Shown here piece after piece: positions 12,966 to 24,499 of a stretch of DNA of 64,000 nt. This DNA comes from Camelus dromedarius. Lineage: Eukaryota. Made by a program: the position numbers and the translations under genes. The notes beneath the pieces were generated by a model, which was given only the letters and a program-made list of their open reading frames with translations, had not been told where the DNA came from and did no database searches. Numbering within the stretch: position 1 is the first letter of the stretch; each line of letters opens with the position of its first letter. Location: positions 104,968,001 through 105,032,000 of the forward strand of contig NC_087436.1 of the NCBI RefSeq assembly GCF_036321535.1. The letters are read 5' to 3'.

Positions 12966-13090
12966 CTGGATTGAGCTCCTCAAAGTACTGCCGGGGCTGG
13001 CTAAGGCGGCCAGGATGGCTGTGGTGGTGGTGCCGAGGTTGGCGCCCAGTGTGAGTGGATATACCCTCTCAATGGATATCACACCAATAC
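12966..13090 (-). CDS. SLC34A2: SLC34A2 exon 12 ([42 protein letters not shown])
   Basis: ccctag|GT acceptor, CAG|gtcagg donor, 125 nt; follows an 86-nt intron. Confidence 0.96.
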
Positions 13091-13176
13091 CTAGGGAGGG
13101 TGAAAATACAAAGCCCATAGCATCAGCCCCAGAAGATGACAGGAGATGGTAATGGTGGCCAGAGAGAGAAACTCAC

Positions 13177-13293
13177 CGATCAGCGGGGTCATAGCAGATG
13201 TGAACACGGAGCTACTCTGAACGATGAAGGTCATGCCTGCCCCAACGAGGATGGCCAGGTAGCCAGTCAACCAGGCAAAGGGGAAAGGGAAAT
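13177..13293 (-). CDS. SLC34A2: SLC34A2 exon 11 ([39 protein letters not shown])
   Basis: tcttccag|AT acceptor, TCG|gtgagt donor, 117 nt; second QSSS motif. Confidence 0.96.
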
Positions 13294-13568
13294 CTGGAAG
13301 ACAGAGGATAAAAAGATGTGTCACAGTCCTGGGGAAGGCATGGGCTGGAGGCCCAGCTGGTACCTCTGTAGGACCCAGGGGGCATGGCTGGCCAGGGGGA
13401 CAGGTTGTATAAAAGCCTCCCCACCACACTGAGGTCTGAAACTGTAAATTGGATTATCAGCATCCTTTCACCTTGCATATTCAGATGGTGGAACCAAGGA
13501 TGTGGGTATATGTTATGAAGACAAAAACACGTTCACTGGAGGTCTGAATGCTGAACCCATCTCCCATC

Positions 13569-13945
13569 TGTTACAGATGGAATGTTTGTGTCCACATACC
13601 TCCCCGCCTCCCCCCTGCCCCAGGCTAAATTCATGTGTTGAAACTAACCCCCAATGTGATTATATTAGGACATGAGGCCTTTGGGTGGTAATTAGGCCAT
13701 GAGGCTGGAGTCTTGATGAGTGGATTGGTGCTTTCGCAGAAGAAAGAGCTTGCTTCCTCTCCACTCCCTCCTCTATGTGAGGACAGTGAGAAGGTGGCCA
13801 TCTGTAAACCAGGAAGTGGGTGCCTCATCAGAACCCAGTCGTGCTGGTGCCTTGACCTTGGCTCTCCCAGTCTCCAGGACTGGGAGAAATAGATTTCTGC
13901 TGTTTAAGCTATGAGAATGTTACAGCAGCTGAACCGACTAAGACA
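13569..13945 (+). mobile_element. MaLR solo LTR (MLT1A-like) in intron 10
   Basis: TG...CA ends (tgttacagatggaatg ... gactaagaca); 5-bp TSD ccatc/tcatc; internal aattcatgtgttgaaactaacccccaatgtga. Confidence 0.75.
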
Positions 13946-14707
13946 TCATCTAAGGAACAACCTTCCTCCCACAAAGCACTTGGAGCACTCAGAACCTCTG
14001 TCTTTCCTGCTGTCCTGGTCTCCCAGCACTGCACACACTCCACCTTTGTTTCCACCTGAAGGGGCACTGGAGAAAGATGAGGCAGCATGGAAGCCCTACA
14101 GACCCCGCCCTCGGCCACATCAGCAGAGGATCAGGCCCTGTGTAGTCTGCATGAATAGAGCCCCTCAGCTCGTCCTCATGACTTCCCTGGGAGGTAGACT
14201 TCTTCAGCCCCACTTCATGAGGTTTCACGGGGACACTCACATTGGCCAGGGTGCCATACTCAGCAGGAGCCCCTCTTGGCCAATGGAGCCTCACTGGTTG
14301 CCTCAGTGATGCATTTATTCAGTACCCTGTTTTCTTCCCAAGAGATGGAGGGAAGTAGGGACCAGGGTGAACTTCATCAGCCTTTTCCACAGGGATCCTG
14401 ACAGACCCAGTAGAGTCCTGGGCAAATAAGGCACCTGCCAGGAAGGAAGGCCTGTCTCATAGCTCTCTGGATTTGAGCCAGCTCTGCTGGCTCTTTCACT
14501 GGACCTTGCAAACAAGTGATGAAAGTTTGTGCCTGCTTCCCAGGCCCCACCCACGACACCAAGAAAGATTTCAAGGGTGAACGGCATCCTAATTTCAGCA
14601 ACGTATCAGATCCAAGAAAGAAACTCCACGCAGAGCCCTCCCTTGAGTCGGGGGGACACAGTGATGCCATCCCCTAGAAAGTCTGGAATGAGGGGCAGTG
14701 TGCTCAC

Positions 14708-14875
14708 CTGTGTTGATGGTCTTCTTGATGATAACAGCTACCTGTCCCCTGAGCACGGAGCCCAGGAGCTTGACAATTAGGATCAGGCAGCTGCAGAGGA
14801 CTAGCAGGGACACTACCAGCAGGATGACGCCCACGGCAACATCTGGAAGGCTGAAACTCACGAAGATGTGCTTGC
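14708..14875 (-). CDS. SLC34A2: SLC34A2 exon 10 ([56 protein letters not shown])
   Basis: tcttcag|GC acceptor, CAG|gtgagc donor, 168 nt. Confidence 0.96.
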
Positions 14876-16031
14876 CTGAAGACAACATGGAAAGCCCTGC
14901 TTAGGAGGGCATGGAGCCCCTGACAGCCACAGATCGTTATTTATTCCCCAACATCTTTCTGTCTCATAGGAACAGAATCTTGGTTGTCAGCTTGACGCAT
15001 GACAGCCCAGAGTAGAGACCACACATCCCAGCTTCCTTTGCAGCAAAGTATAGCCCTGGGGCTTTGTTCTGGCCAATGAATCTCATCATCATGAAGATGA
15101 AATAAAATCCAGGGGCAAACCCAGGCCTCCCGCCCCATCCTTCTACCTCTACATCCCATCCAGTGTTTTACTCATGCTACTGAAGATACCTACAACAAAG
15201 TGTTTGAAGAGCAAGGTGAGGTAGGATGGGCAAGTGGGAGCTATTGCTAATTGAAAAACTCCTTTAAAACAAAACAAAACAAAACCCTGTGTGTTCCTAT
15301 AATAATTCCAGAAAAACATGGTTGTATCAATGGATGTATAGCTCTTAGAACATGGGAGGTGATAAGTTCACTTGATTCTGTGAGATAAACCCCAACTGGA
15401 TATGGCTCAGGATTAATTCTGAGGAGGGGGTGTGCATGGAGAAAATGAGAAGCAGAGATATGCAAATGAGCATGTAAGGAATAATTAGAAGAACTAATGT
15501 CTGGCCCATAAAAAATTCCAGGGGCAACAATATAGCTTATAAAATTACTGGAGCATCATGTAGGCCCACTGCTTGGTTTAGTGCTATAGCGCTAGTGCCT
15601 TGGACAGAGCTGGCTGTACAGTAGGGACTCATGACTCAAAGGTGAATGGAACTGTTCTGTGTGTGCCCCACATCTCCTTCAAATCTGGCTGTCATCTCCC
15701 TGGAGTTACTGCCAAAGAGATGCCAAAGCCCATGGAGGGAGAACTCTGGAATCTGTCGAAGAGTTCTGAATCCTTCTGACATTGCTGGGGAACTGAGCTT
15801 CAAGTCCTAGTTCTGCCCCTCACAGCAGGACCTTAGGCCTGTCCCCTGTCCCTAAGCCTTAGTTTCCTCTGCTGTGAAAATACACAACTCACTGGCTGGT
15901 ATAGAATCATGCTCAGTGAGTCTTACTGCCCTTATTTCCTTCACTTACTGGGGCTCCACATGGATAAGAAATAACCGTCATCACCCCAGACAGCCCTTCC
16001 CGGCGGCTGATGCTCTGTGAGTCTCACTCAC

Positions 16032-16152
16032 ACTTGGCGATGTTCTCCTGGTAGGTCACATTCTTGATGGTCCAGGTGTACAAACCATCCGTCCAACAGA
16101 GGGAAGGGGAGGTGCAGTTCTCAGGTGAGGGGACAGTGACATTCCTCTCAGT
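16032..16152 (-). CDS. SLC34A2: SLC34A2 exon 9 (TERNVTVPSPENCTSPSLCWTDGLYTWTIKNVTYQENIAK)
   Basis: catccag|ACT acceptor, AGT|gtgagt donor, 121 nt; N-glycosylation sequons. Confidence 0.95.
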
Positions 16153-16579
16153 CTGGATGGCAAACATGAGAAATGCTATGTATAGTCCTCAACACACACT
16201 TCCAGCGGGGAGTGGTGGGCAATGTGGGGGTGTGGGGGGAGGCACACCCATTTGTGCATCTATAAGCATGATGCACTGTTTCCTTAGGTCCCTCCATAAA
16301 TGGAAACAAGGAGGCACCAGAGATAAGCCAAGAGACATGAAAATAAGCCAGGAACGATGTGCTCACGATGTGGGCTGCGTCTGTCTGTCCTACTGCATAA
16401 CATCTGTCCATCCAGCATTCAAGGACTTAAGGATTCTCACTGGCTAGTTTTGATTTTTCAGGAGTCCCCAGTTTTTCTTTTCCCTTACCTTTTATTTGCC
16501 CAGTTTCAATGAAAGGTTTTTCTTTATCAAGAATAGACACAGGAGGTTTACCTACCCAGCAATACTCTTAGAAACTTAC

Positions 16580-16675
16580 CACGTTGGTAAAAGTCTTGCA
16601 CCAAATCTTGATCAGACTCTTGTTTTTAGCTGTTTCATCATTCATCGCAATTTGGTTGATAACATCTTTATCCAG
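16580..16675 (-). CDS. SLC34A2: SLC34A2 exon 8 (LDKDVINQIAMNDETAKNKSLIKIWCKTFTNV)
   Basis: ttcctcag|CTG acceptor, GTG|gtaagt donor, 96 nt; large extracellular loop. Confidence 0.95.
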
Positions 16676-17384
16676 CTGAGGAAGGCAATTGACAGAAGAG
16701 AGTCAGCACGTCCTCAGGACTGAGGTGGGACGGACACGTTAAGCTGTTAAGAGGGGCTCTGAGGATGTGAACCGGATTGTGAGCCCCTGCAGTGGTGAGT
16801 TGGGACTCACTCTATCTGCACTCTCAGGGTGGAGCACAGCACCTGGATGTTAGCGGGGACTTAATAAATGAATAATTGTATGAACAATGGACCAGTATCT
16901 AGGAAGCAGGTGGTAGATACTTACTGGATGACTGAGTGACAGAAAAAAACAGAAGGTAAGAGTGAAAGGGCAAGGTCCAAGCTGGCCCCTTCTCCCCAAG
17001 GCAACGTCCACAAAGCCTTCTTTCATTTATCTCAATAATACGGACATATCCTAGTGAGTAGTGCGGTGAGATGGAAGGAAAGGCAGTAACCTCTCCCTCT
17101 TTGGCGAGGAGTGGAGAACTACTGTGCCAGTGAGCCCACGGGTGCTGAGGCCAGTAGTGGGGACAAAGTGCCCAAGTGTCCATGGAGAGTCCCGGAGTCT
17201 CAGAAGCACTTCCCACCCCCACCCCAATAAAGATGATACACAGGTTGAAGCCAATTATTCTATCGGATCGGGTGTCCTTGAAGTTCTGACCCTTGTCCAT
17301 CTCTTCCATCTCTCCCCGGCTGAGTAGGACAGGGAGAAGGGAGAGGGGTGAGTGTTTTTCCTTCTCTGAAGGAAGCCAGGTTAC

Positions 17385-17580
17385 CTGGATGATGAGCTTC
17401 GTGAAGGGATCTGTGATCACTTTCAGAAGTTCCGGGGCATCCTCTCCGCTCTTGAAGTGGAAGGAGTCCACCACCAGGTTGGTCAGCCTCTCCAGGTAAG
17501 AGCTGGCAGCCTCCAGAGGCAAGAGCACCAGTACGGAGAGCCAGTTGAAGAAGTCATGGATTGTGGCCCCAGCAAAGGCC
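17385..17580 (-). CDS. SLC34A2: SLC34A2 exon 7 ([65 protein letters not shown])
   Basis: tcttgcag|G acceptor, CAG|gtaacc donor, 196 nt. Confidence 0.96.
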
Positions 17581-18853
17581 CTGCAAGACGGGAGCCCCAC
17601 CCCAAGCTGACCACCAGCTTAGTCAAGCAGCACTTGGGCATCCGTTCAGGCAGGTCATCACTTGTATCATCTGCCAGTTGTCACCTATCTGCCTGCATGT
17701 GTGCAATCTCACTTAGTTTTGTTCTCACAGCAGTCCCCAAATCTGTCATATCCCCAGCCGACAGATGAGGAAACTGAGGGCCAGCAGGCATAGAGGAATG
17801 GAAGACCACTGCAAGAGCGCTGGGCCCAGGACCCTCATCTCCCACTGCCTGGCAGAGCGGCCTTTTCCACCAGATCAGACAGAACTCTGTCCATTCTGCT
17901 TGGGAGAAAAGGGAACTAGATGTGTTCTGGCTGCAATAATTAGCTCAGCAAGCCCTATTTGAAAAAACTTCATCAGGACCACTTTCGAATTGTGCATTCT
18001 GAAGACAACCTTCCTTTCGGAAAGGTGGGGGCTGGTATGAAGGTGACCATCAAAGCCTTCTACACAATTGAATTCTTTAGGAGCTTGAGACTTTAATCAA
18101 ACATTTGAACAGTCTTCACAGGAAACAAAGCTAATATAGATCACACTCTGCATCTATCTGAGAAGACTCACAGAGGCCCCCTGAAATCCACCTTATCTAG
18201 CTCCAGATTAAGATACCTTTTTTTCCCCTCAAAGAATGCTCCTTTAAAAAACATCTGCATGTCAGAAAATATCGAAAACCAAACAGGACATGGGACGTGA
18301 ACGGACAGAAGCCGTTAAACATGTAGGGGGAAATGCTTTACCTCACTAGGAATAAAAGGCATTTGCCATTTATTTAGCTGCAAGTACAAATTGTCACCTG
18401 CCCTATTAACTGATATTTTACAAAGTTAACTTATTCTTCCTGGAGAGGGTGCTTTAGGACATTTTCATTCGGTGCTGATGTAAAGTGATACAAACATTTC
18501 TTAGTAGTTTAGCAAAATGTGTAACAAGCCTTATAGGTGTCTGATACAGTAATTATTGTTCTAGGAATCTATCTAGGACAGAATTAACCAGGAAAGAATG
18601 GGTCACATCTCCAAAGATGATACTGAAAGTAGTCTATTTAAATATCCCAAACAGGGGGTGAACTCGGGCAATTATATTCCCAATGTGTGGGCTCTTTCAT
18701 AGATCGTATGTTTATACACCCAGAGGCAAAAATTAGTCTAACATTGAAAAGAATCCAAAATCTCCAACAAGAAAACCTGGATTGAGTCCCAGCTATGCCC
18801 CTCTGTGAAGTTACTTAACCTCTTTATATTTCTACATTAATAAAATGGGGCAC

Positions 18854-19156
18854 GGGGAAAGGTATAGCTCAGTGGCCGAGTGCATGCTTAGCGTACATGA
18901 AAGCCTGGCTTCAATCCCCAGTACCTCCAATAAAAATAAATAAATAAGGGCAGGGGGTATAGCTCAAATGATAGAGCACACGCTTAGCATGCATGAGGTC
19001 CTAGGTTCAATTCCCACTACCTCAATTAAAAAAAATTTTTTTAAAAACTAAACTAATAATAAATAAAATACATAGAACTAATGATCTCCCCCTCAAATTT
19101 TTTAAAATAAATGAATAAATAAATAAAAACCTAATCTCCCCCACCATAAATAAATA
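18854..19156 (+). mobile_element. Two nested tRNA-Ala-derived SINEs (vic-1-like) within a MIR, intron 6
   Basis: Two heads (18854 and 18948; gtatagctca...gcttagc...ttcaat.ccca.tacctc) followed by two tails (ctaatgatctccccc and cctaatctcccccc). Confidence 0.8.
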
Positions 19157-20021
19157 CAGAAAAGTCTACTCAGCTTTTTGAGAAAATCAAATTAGCAAAC
19201 ACCCCAGGTAATATGCGTTATTATTTCGATCCTCAGAACATCACATCAGAGACCAAATGAGCTTAGCTATGGCTGAGAGCAAATGAATGGCTCTGAGGAC
19301 ATCTGCCAGTTCACCCATGGACGAGGGATGCTGTTTGCCAGCCCCCAGCCAGCCTGTTTAACGCCATCTGTCCAAGGCCACAGTTGAGCACGCCATGTGG
19401 ACCAGCAGAGAACTGCTTCTCTGTTTTAACAAGGTCTAGAAAAAGCCCATCACCACTTAGAATAGAGGCTGGAAAATGTGCTTAATTTTCACATTAACCT
19501 TTTGGAAGAAAAGGGTTTCCTTTGCCTATATGCACCCCGCCCCACTTTCAGATCTTATGCATTTTGCCTTTTATTGGCATGTGAGTGAAGAACAAAGGAA
19601 AAGTGGCGTGGGTTGAACTGGCCAAAAATGGAAGCTTTAGGAAGTTATAAGTATTTCTGACTAAGCAGGATAGTAAATCTTATCCTAAGTGGCCTTGTTT
19701 TAACTACACTACACAGCAGGTCAGGCTTTCAGCAAGGACTGTGTTTAGGGAGCCCTGACTGTGTGCCAGGCACCTTGCTGAGCATCTATCTGCATGATGG
19801 TGTTAACACCTTTAGACAACACAGTGAGGACAGACACTACCATCCCAGCCCTGCAGATCAGGGAGCTGAGTGTAATCAACCAGGAAGTGACCCCAATCCC
19901 CAGCTGTACTCCACTGTGGCTCATTCTAAGAGATCCACGGATAACAAACATGCTGTCATTGGTTAGTTAGGTCAACACTGGTCCGCCTGAAGGTGACCAA
20001 GGCTGATTCTGAGCCTCCTAC

Positions 20022-20133
20022 CTTCTGAACTCATTCCGGTCTCCTGCCTGCATGAGAGCCACGATGGTGTTGGTGATTGAGGTCCCAATGTTGGCCCCCA
20101 TGACAATGGGGATGGCAGTCCTCACAGTCAGCA
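20022..20133 (-). CDS. SLC34A2: SLC34A2 exon 6 ([38 protein letters not shown])
   Basis: ctccag|TG acceptor, AAG|gtagga donor, 112 nt; GANIGT motif. Confidence 0.96.
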
Positions 20134-21212
20134 CTGGAGAGTGGAAAAGAGTTAAGTTAGCAAATTTAGGAAGGCAGCCTGGCCATGTTCCTGATGTGGC
20201 CCAAGGCCAGCTGGCATTCAGGCTGGCAACTCCCTGAAGTAGTAATTCTTAAACTCTTTTGGGTCTATACCTTGCTGTGTGGATCTGATAAAAGACAGGG
20301 CAGCTCACCAAAGAAATAAACATATATATCCAAAAAAAAAAAAATTCCAGCACTTAATTTCAGGGAATTCACAGGCTCCATGAAGCCCTTCTATGGACCC
20401 CAGTTTAAAAATTCCTTTCTAAATTTCTCTGTCTGCCCTATTACAGATGCAAGGCTAGCTTAAAGCAGACCAGGAAATCATGTTTAAGGACTTGTATATA
20501 TTTATGATGGCAAATTTCCAGAAGTATAATTTTTTTCTAACAAAATCAGTTTATTGCCACAACATTCTAACATACGAAAGTAACATATTTGAAAAGTAAT
20601 GAACCTTTTTCTAATTTGGTGCAGAAAAGTTCTAGTTAACTTTAGCTAAAATGTTGGTCTGGGCTGGAAGTTCACCAGTTCAAACTGGTCCCCCTCAGAG
20701 GGTCTTATCCCAACTTAGAGTGAATGTCTAGCAAGTTCGAGTTTGGGATGTCAGCTCCCCAGGCTCAATTGCCTCCAAGTCAATATTGCGATGTGACTCT
20801 GTGTCTCTATTCTCGGCATGAAGAGCAGTGGTGGCAATGTTCTACCTTTGCACAATCCAGGATGCAGCCTCCAGCTACATGTGGCTACTGAGCCCTTGAA
20901 ATACAGCTAGTGCAACCGAGCAGCTGCATTCACGGTTAAATAAAATGAAAGAGCCTCATGTAGCTAGTGGCTGCTGGACTGGGTGACGCAGTTATGGAGA
21001 ATTCAGAACTGACTGAGTCTTCAAACTTTCAGGCCACTTTTCAGACTCCGCATGGGAATGGAAATGGGAGGCTGCCTAGGATCTAAGCAGAACACAGAGT
21101 TGGACAACACAATATAGTCCAAGCCTGGACATATTCAGAGTAAATCCCAGTGTCCCCAGATGAACAGATAAGTGCCTGAAGTGTGTCTGGGCTCAGGGGT
21201 GCCTGGACTTAC

Positions 21213-21356
21213 ATGACGAGGCCACCATGCTGACAATGATGGATGTGGAGGTGCTGGAGCTCTGCACCAGGACTGTCACCAGCACCCCGATCATCAACCC
21301 CGCCACAGGGTTGGTCATAATGGAGTTGTTGCTGAAGAATTGGCCAGCCACCTTTC
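21213..21356 (-). CDS. SLC34A2: SLC34A2 exon 5 ([48 protein letters not shown])
   Basis: tttttcag|GA acceptor, CAT|gtaagt donor, 144 nt; contains the first QSSS motif. Confidence 0.96.
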
Positions 21357-22789
21357 CTGAAAAACAAACCCACGGCCATGGGGGTTAGGTGGGTGCTGGG
21401 TTAACGGAAGTCTCCAGTCAAGGCCAGCTGGCTGTGGGTTGGGGAGCTCGGCCTCAGCCCCGCTGGTACCTAGGGCATCTGGCTTCCACAGGCTTCTCCC
21501 CAGTGCTGCTCTGATGCCATGTCTCTGCTTCTGTTCCCCACACACCCTTATTCCTCTTGTCCTTTCACCCTGCACCCTCCCATCCTTGAACCACTTCCAT
21601 CAGCAAGCCCTTGTCTAGTCTCTCTGATCACAAGCCTGGCCTCAGCTCAGTACTTGGTTGGCTTGATGAGTGCCAGTGCATCTCCTGATGCCCTAATTCT
21701 AGTCTCTGGGATGTATTCCCAATTCAGAAGATGGCTCAATCCAAGCACATCTTCTCATTCTTCTCTATCTACCTCCCTAAACCCCAGCCCCTAGCTCCAG
21801 CCTGTACTGAATGCTGGAAGCATCATTTTTGAGATTGTGCCTCTGAGACCATCAGTCCATCCCCCAGTTCATTTTTTAAAAGAAGAGTGGAGAGTGGAAC
21901 TGCTTGTCTGAGAGAGAGAGTGAGGCCCCTTATGGACCAGGGGGACCAAAAGCGGCATCCAGCAGGTCAGTCTGCCCCTCATTCTCCCCTAGTTCTCCCA
22001 GGTCACAAAGATGAGTTCTCAAGAAAGGCACCAATGACTGCAGAAATCCCTGGTCTTCTGTGTCACTGGATCTGAGTTGGAATCCCACTGTGCCAGTTAC
22101 AAGGCTGTGAAGCCTAGTGCTTGCTGGGCAGGGAACTCCTCAGCCTCAGCCCATTCCTCTGTACATGGGAGGGACTCTGGGAAGGAATGTCTTAGACCAC
22201 GCCTACACCCAGTAGGCATTCAGAAGGCTGGCTCTTGGCTGTCACTGCTGTGGCCCAGTGGGGATACACAGGTGACCGAGCACATGGTGACTTCTCTTCT
22301 GAGCCACACTCAGAACTGGGAGATGTTTAGGCAACTCCCTAAACATATTCCCTCAGCATAGGACCTCTGTCCTTCTCCTGGAAAGGCCAGCTTTGATTTT
22401 TGGTTGTTGCTTTAGCCTGTAGAACACTTTTATCTACTAATCCCCTCGGGTGGAGAGGCCTAAAGACAGTAGGGATCTCTCAGATAAGTCTTTAAGTCGA
22501 ACAACTTCCTGTCCCGGATTCATGAGCAAACACAAGGAGCTGATAGTCTGGCCTTGGCTTTAGCCCTGACCCTGGCTTCTGCCACTTTAGCCAGCCAGTC
22601 ATAAACCTTTTATAGGCCTTGGTTTTTCTCTTCTGTAAAATGGGGGCATTGTCTTGTGAAGGATGATCTGAAACCTAAAACACTCCAGGAGGATGCAGCA
22701 GGAGAGAGCTTGCTGACTTGTGACGTTCTGAGCCAAATTCCATGAGAACACCTCTCCCACCCCGGACCTTTCACCTCTCTTATCCATAC

Positions 22790-22918
22790 CTCCAACCAGC
22801 TGGAAGGCACTGCTGAGAACATCCAAGGAGCACACGAAGAAGTAGAGAAATACCAGGAGCATAATTAATTTCCCAATGCCTTGGAAGACACAGAAAATCT
22901 TCCCTTTGGTGTCTCTCT
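22790..22918 (-). CDS. SLC34A2: SLC34A2 exon 4 (ERDTKGKIFCVFQGIGKLIMLLVFLYFFVCSLDVLSSAFQLVG)
   Basis: ccttcctccag|AG acceptor, GAG|gtatgg donor, 129 nt; first transmembrane segment. Confidence 0.96.
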
Positions 22919-23955
22919 CTGGAGGAAGGGAAAAGGCACGAAGGATATTAGTGTCTGAAACACTGAGATGTTTGACAGTGAGCTCAGAACTCCGCCACCT
23001 CTCATCCCAACCAGGAAGCCATAAGCTCTTAGGTACAGCAAGTCTGAGAGATGGGATGCATCCATGGTTGCAGTTTTCAAAGCAGTCACCACAGCAGTCC
23101 ACTTAGTGACACCTGCTGTGCATGTCTCTAAAAGGATTTGCCTCTGGGAGGAGGGGTTCAGTGGATTCTGGGGCATACAAAGGCAAACCAGGCGCCATGC
23201 CCAGCTGAACAGCTGTCACTGATGAGTCGGTTAAGAGCACTTACCACCTGCTAGGTGTGGGGTCAGAGATAATGGGTCTCCCAAGCACCTTCAGAACAGC
23301 ACAGAGTGTTTTCTACAAAGTGGGAGTAAGGTAGCAATCACAGCCACCACTTGGAGAGGGCCTGAGGCCCTCAGACATCCTACAATGCTACATCCTCGCT
23401 GCTGTTTTCTCCACTTGCTTTTCAGAAGGTTCTTGCCCCCTTCCCAGCCCCCTTCCCCCCTGCTGGCTGTCTGATCTGCAGACAGACCTCAGACCCTGCC
23501 TGGAAAAGAAAGGCAGCCTTTGCTTGCACCCCAGTTGTCCTGTCTGTATAGTCTGTTTCCAGTAAGTCTTTCCTGATGCCCTCATTTGGGGAGAGCCCCC
23601 CATCTCCAGGACTCTCTGAGAAGGGGCCTCATCTGTTTACTGCTGCATCCACCACACCTCCCACAGTACCTCAGACCTGGTCCAGCACAAAATGGATTAT
23701 AAGGAGTAGCACAGGATCTGGCTTGGTTATAATCCCGGTGCTGGCACATTTGTTGAATGAATGAAAGAACAAAAGATCCCTCAGACATCACGGGATGCCT
23801 GACTCATGAGCCTCCAAGACTGACGAGTGGTATCCCTTATCTTGGACAATGGAGGGCAGAGGATGACACAAAGGAGGTGACACGGTGAAGACAGTGACCT
23901 CAACCCCTTGTCAACAGGCCACCCCTCCGGCCTGCCCCCCCGGCCTCATTCTTAC

Positions 23956-24090
23956 CTGACCACTTGATCCCCTTGTCCTTAAGCTCAGGCAGGTCCCAGG
24001 GGTCCTCCACCTCTGTGCGCTCCTCTATCAGTGCCACGGTGGAATAGGATGGCAGAAGTTCCATCTTGGTTGCAGGGGTCCCAGTGTCAT
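23956..24090 (-). CDS. SLC34A2: SLC34A2 exon 3 (DDTGTPATKMELLPSYSTVALIEERTEVEDPWDLPELKDKGIKWS)
   Basis: gggcag|AT acceptor, CAG|gtaag donor, 135 nt, phase 1 at both ends. Confidence 0.95.
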
Positions 24091-24192
24091 CTGCCCAAAC
24101 AAGCAGTGAAGGCCATGAGGAATGAGGAGCCAGGCCCGAGTCTCCCGAGGTCCTCCCAGGGGGCCAGCCCAGGGCTGAGGGCTGAAACTTAC

Positions 24193-24304
24193 CTTTGTTG
24201 GTTTCCTTGTCTTTTGCAAGCGTGGTGGACTGCTGACCAGCGGTGCCTTCAATGTATTTATCAGAGTTAGGCTGGGCATTCTCCACTTCAGGCCAAGGAG
24301 CCAT
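24193..24304 (-). CDS. SLC34A2: SLC34A2 exon 2 coding part (MAPWPEVENAQPNSDKYIEGTAGQQSTTLAKDKETNK)
   Basis: Acceptor cag|ACCATGG (exon starts at 24307, strong Kozak context); donor AAG|gtaagt; 112 coding nt. Confidence 0.96.
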
Positions 24305-24499
24305 GGTCTGTGGATGGGAAAACAGAGCTTAAAGAAGCGGCCACTGAAAGGAGGAGCACTCAGTTTCCATGATAAGAAGAGTCAGTGGTCACAGAGGTGC
24401 GAGGGAGTTCTAATACTTCCTTAAGTGTGGACCCTGAAGCATCATATTTCTGTAGGCCTCTCTCAACCACTCACCCAGGCTGTCACTAAATCAGACCAC

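Noticed and set aside
13090..21213. Idea that introns 5 and 11 sit at equivalent positions in the two internal QSSS repeats
   Set aside because: Ungapped alignment from the QSSS Gln puts the splits at codon 18 and codon 15. Both are phase 1 but not the same position.
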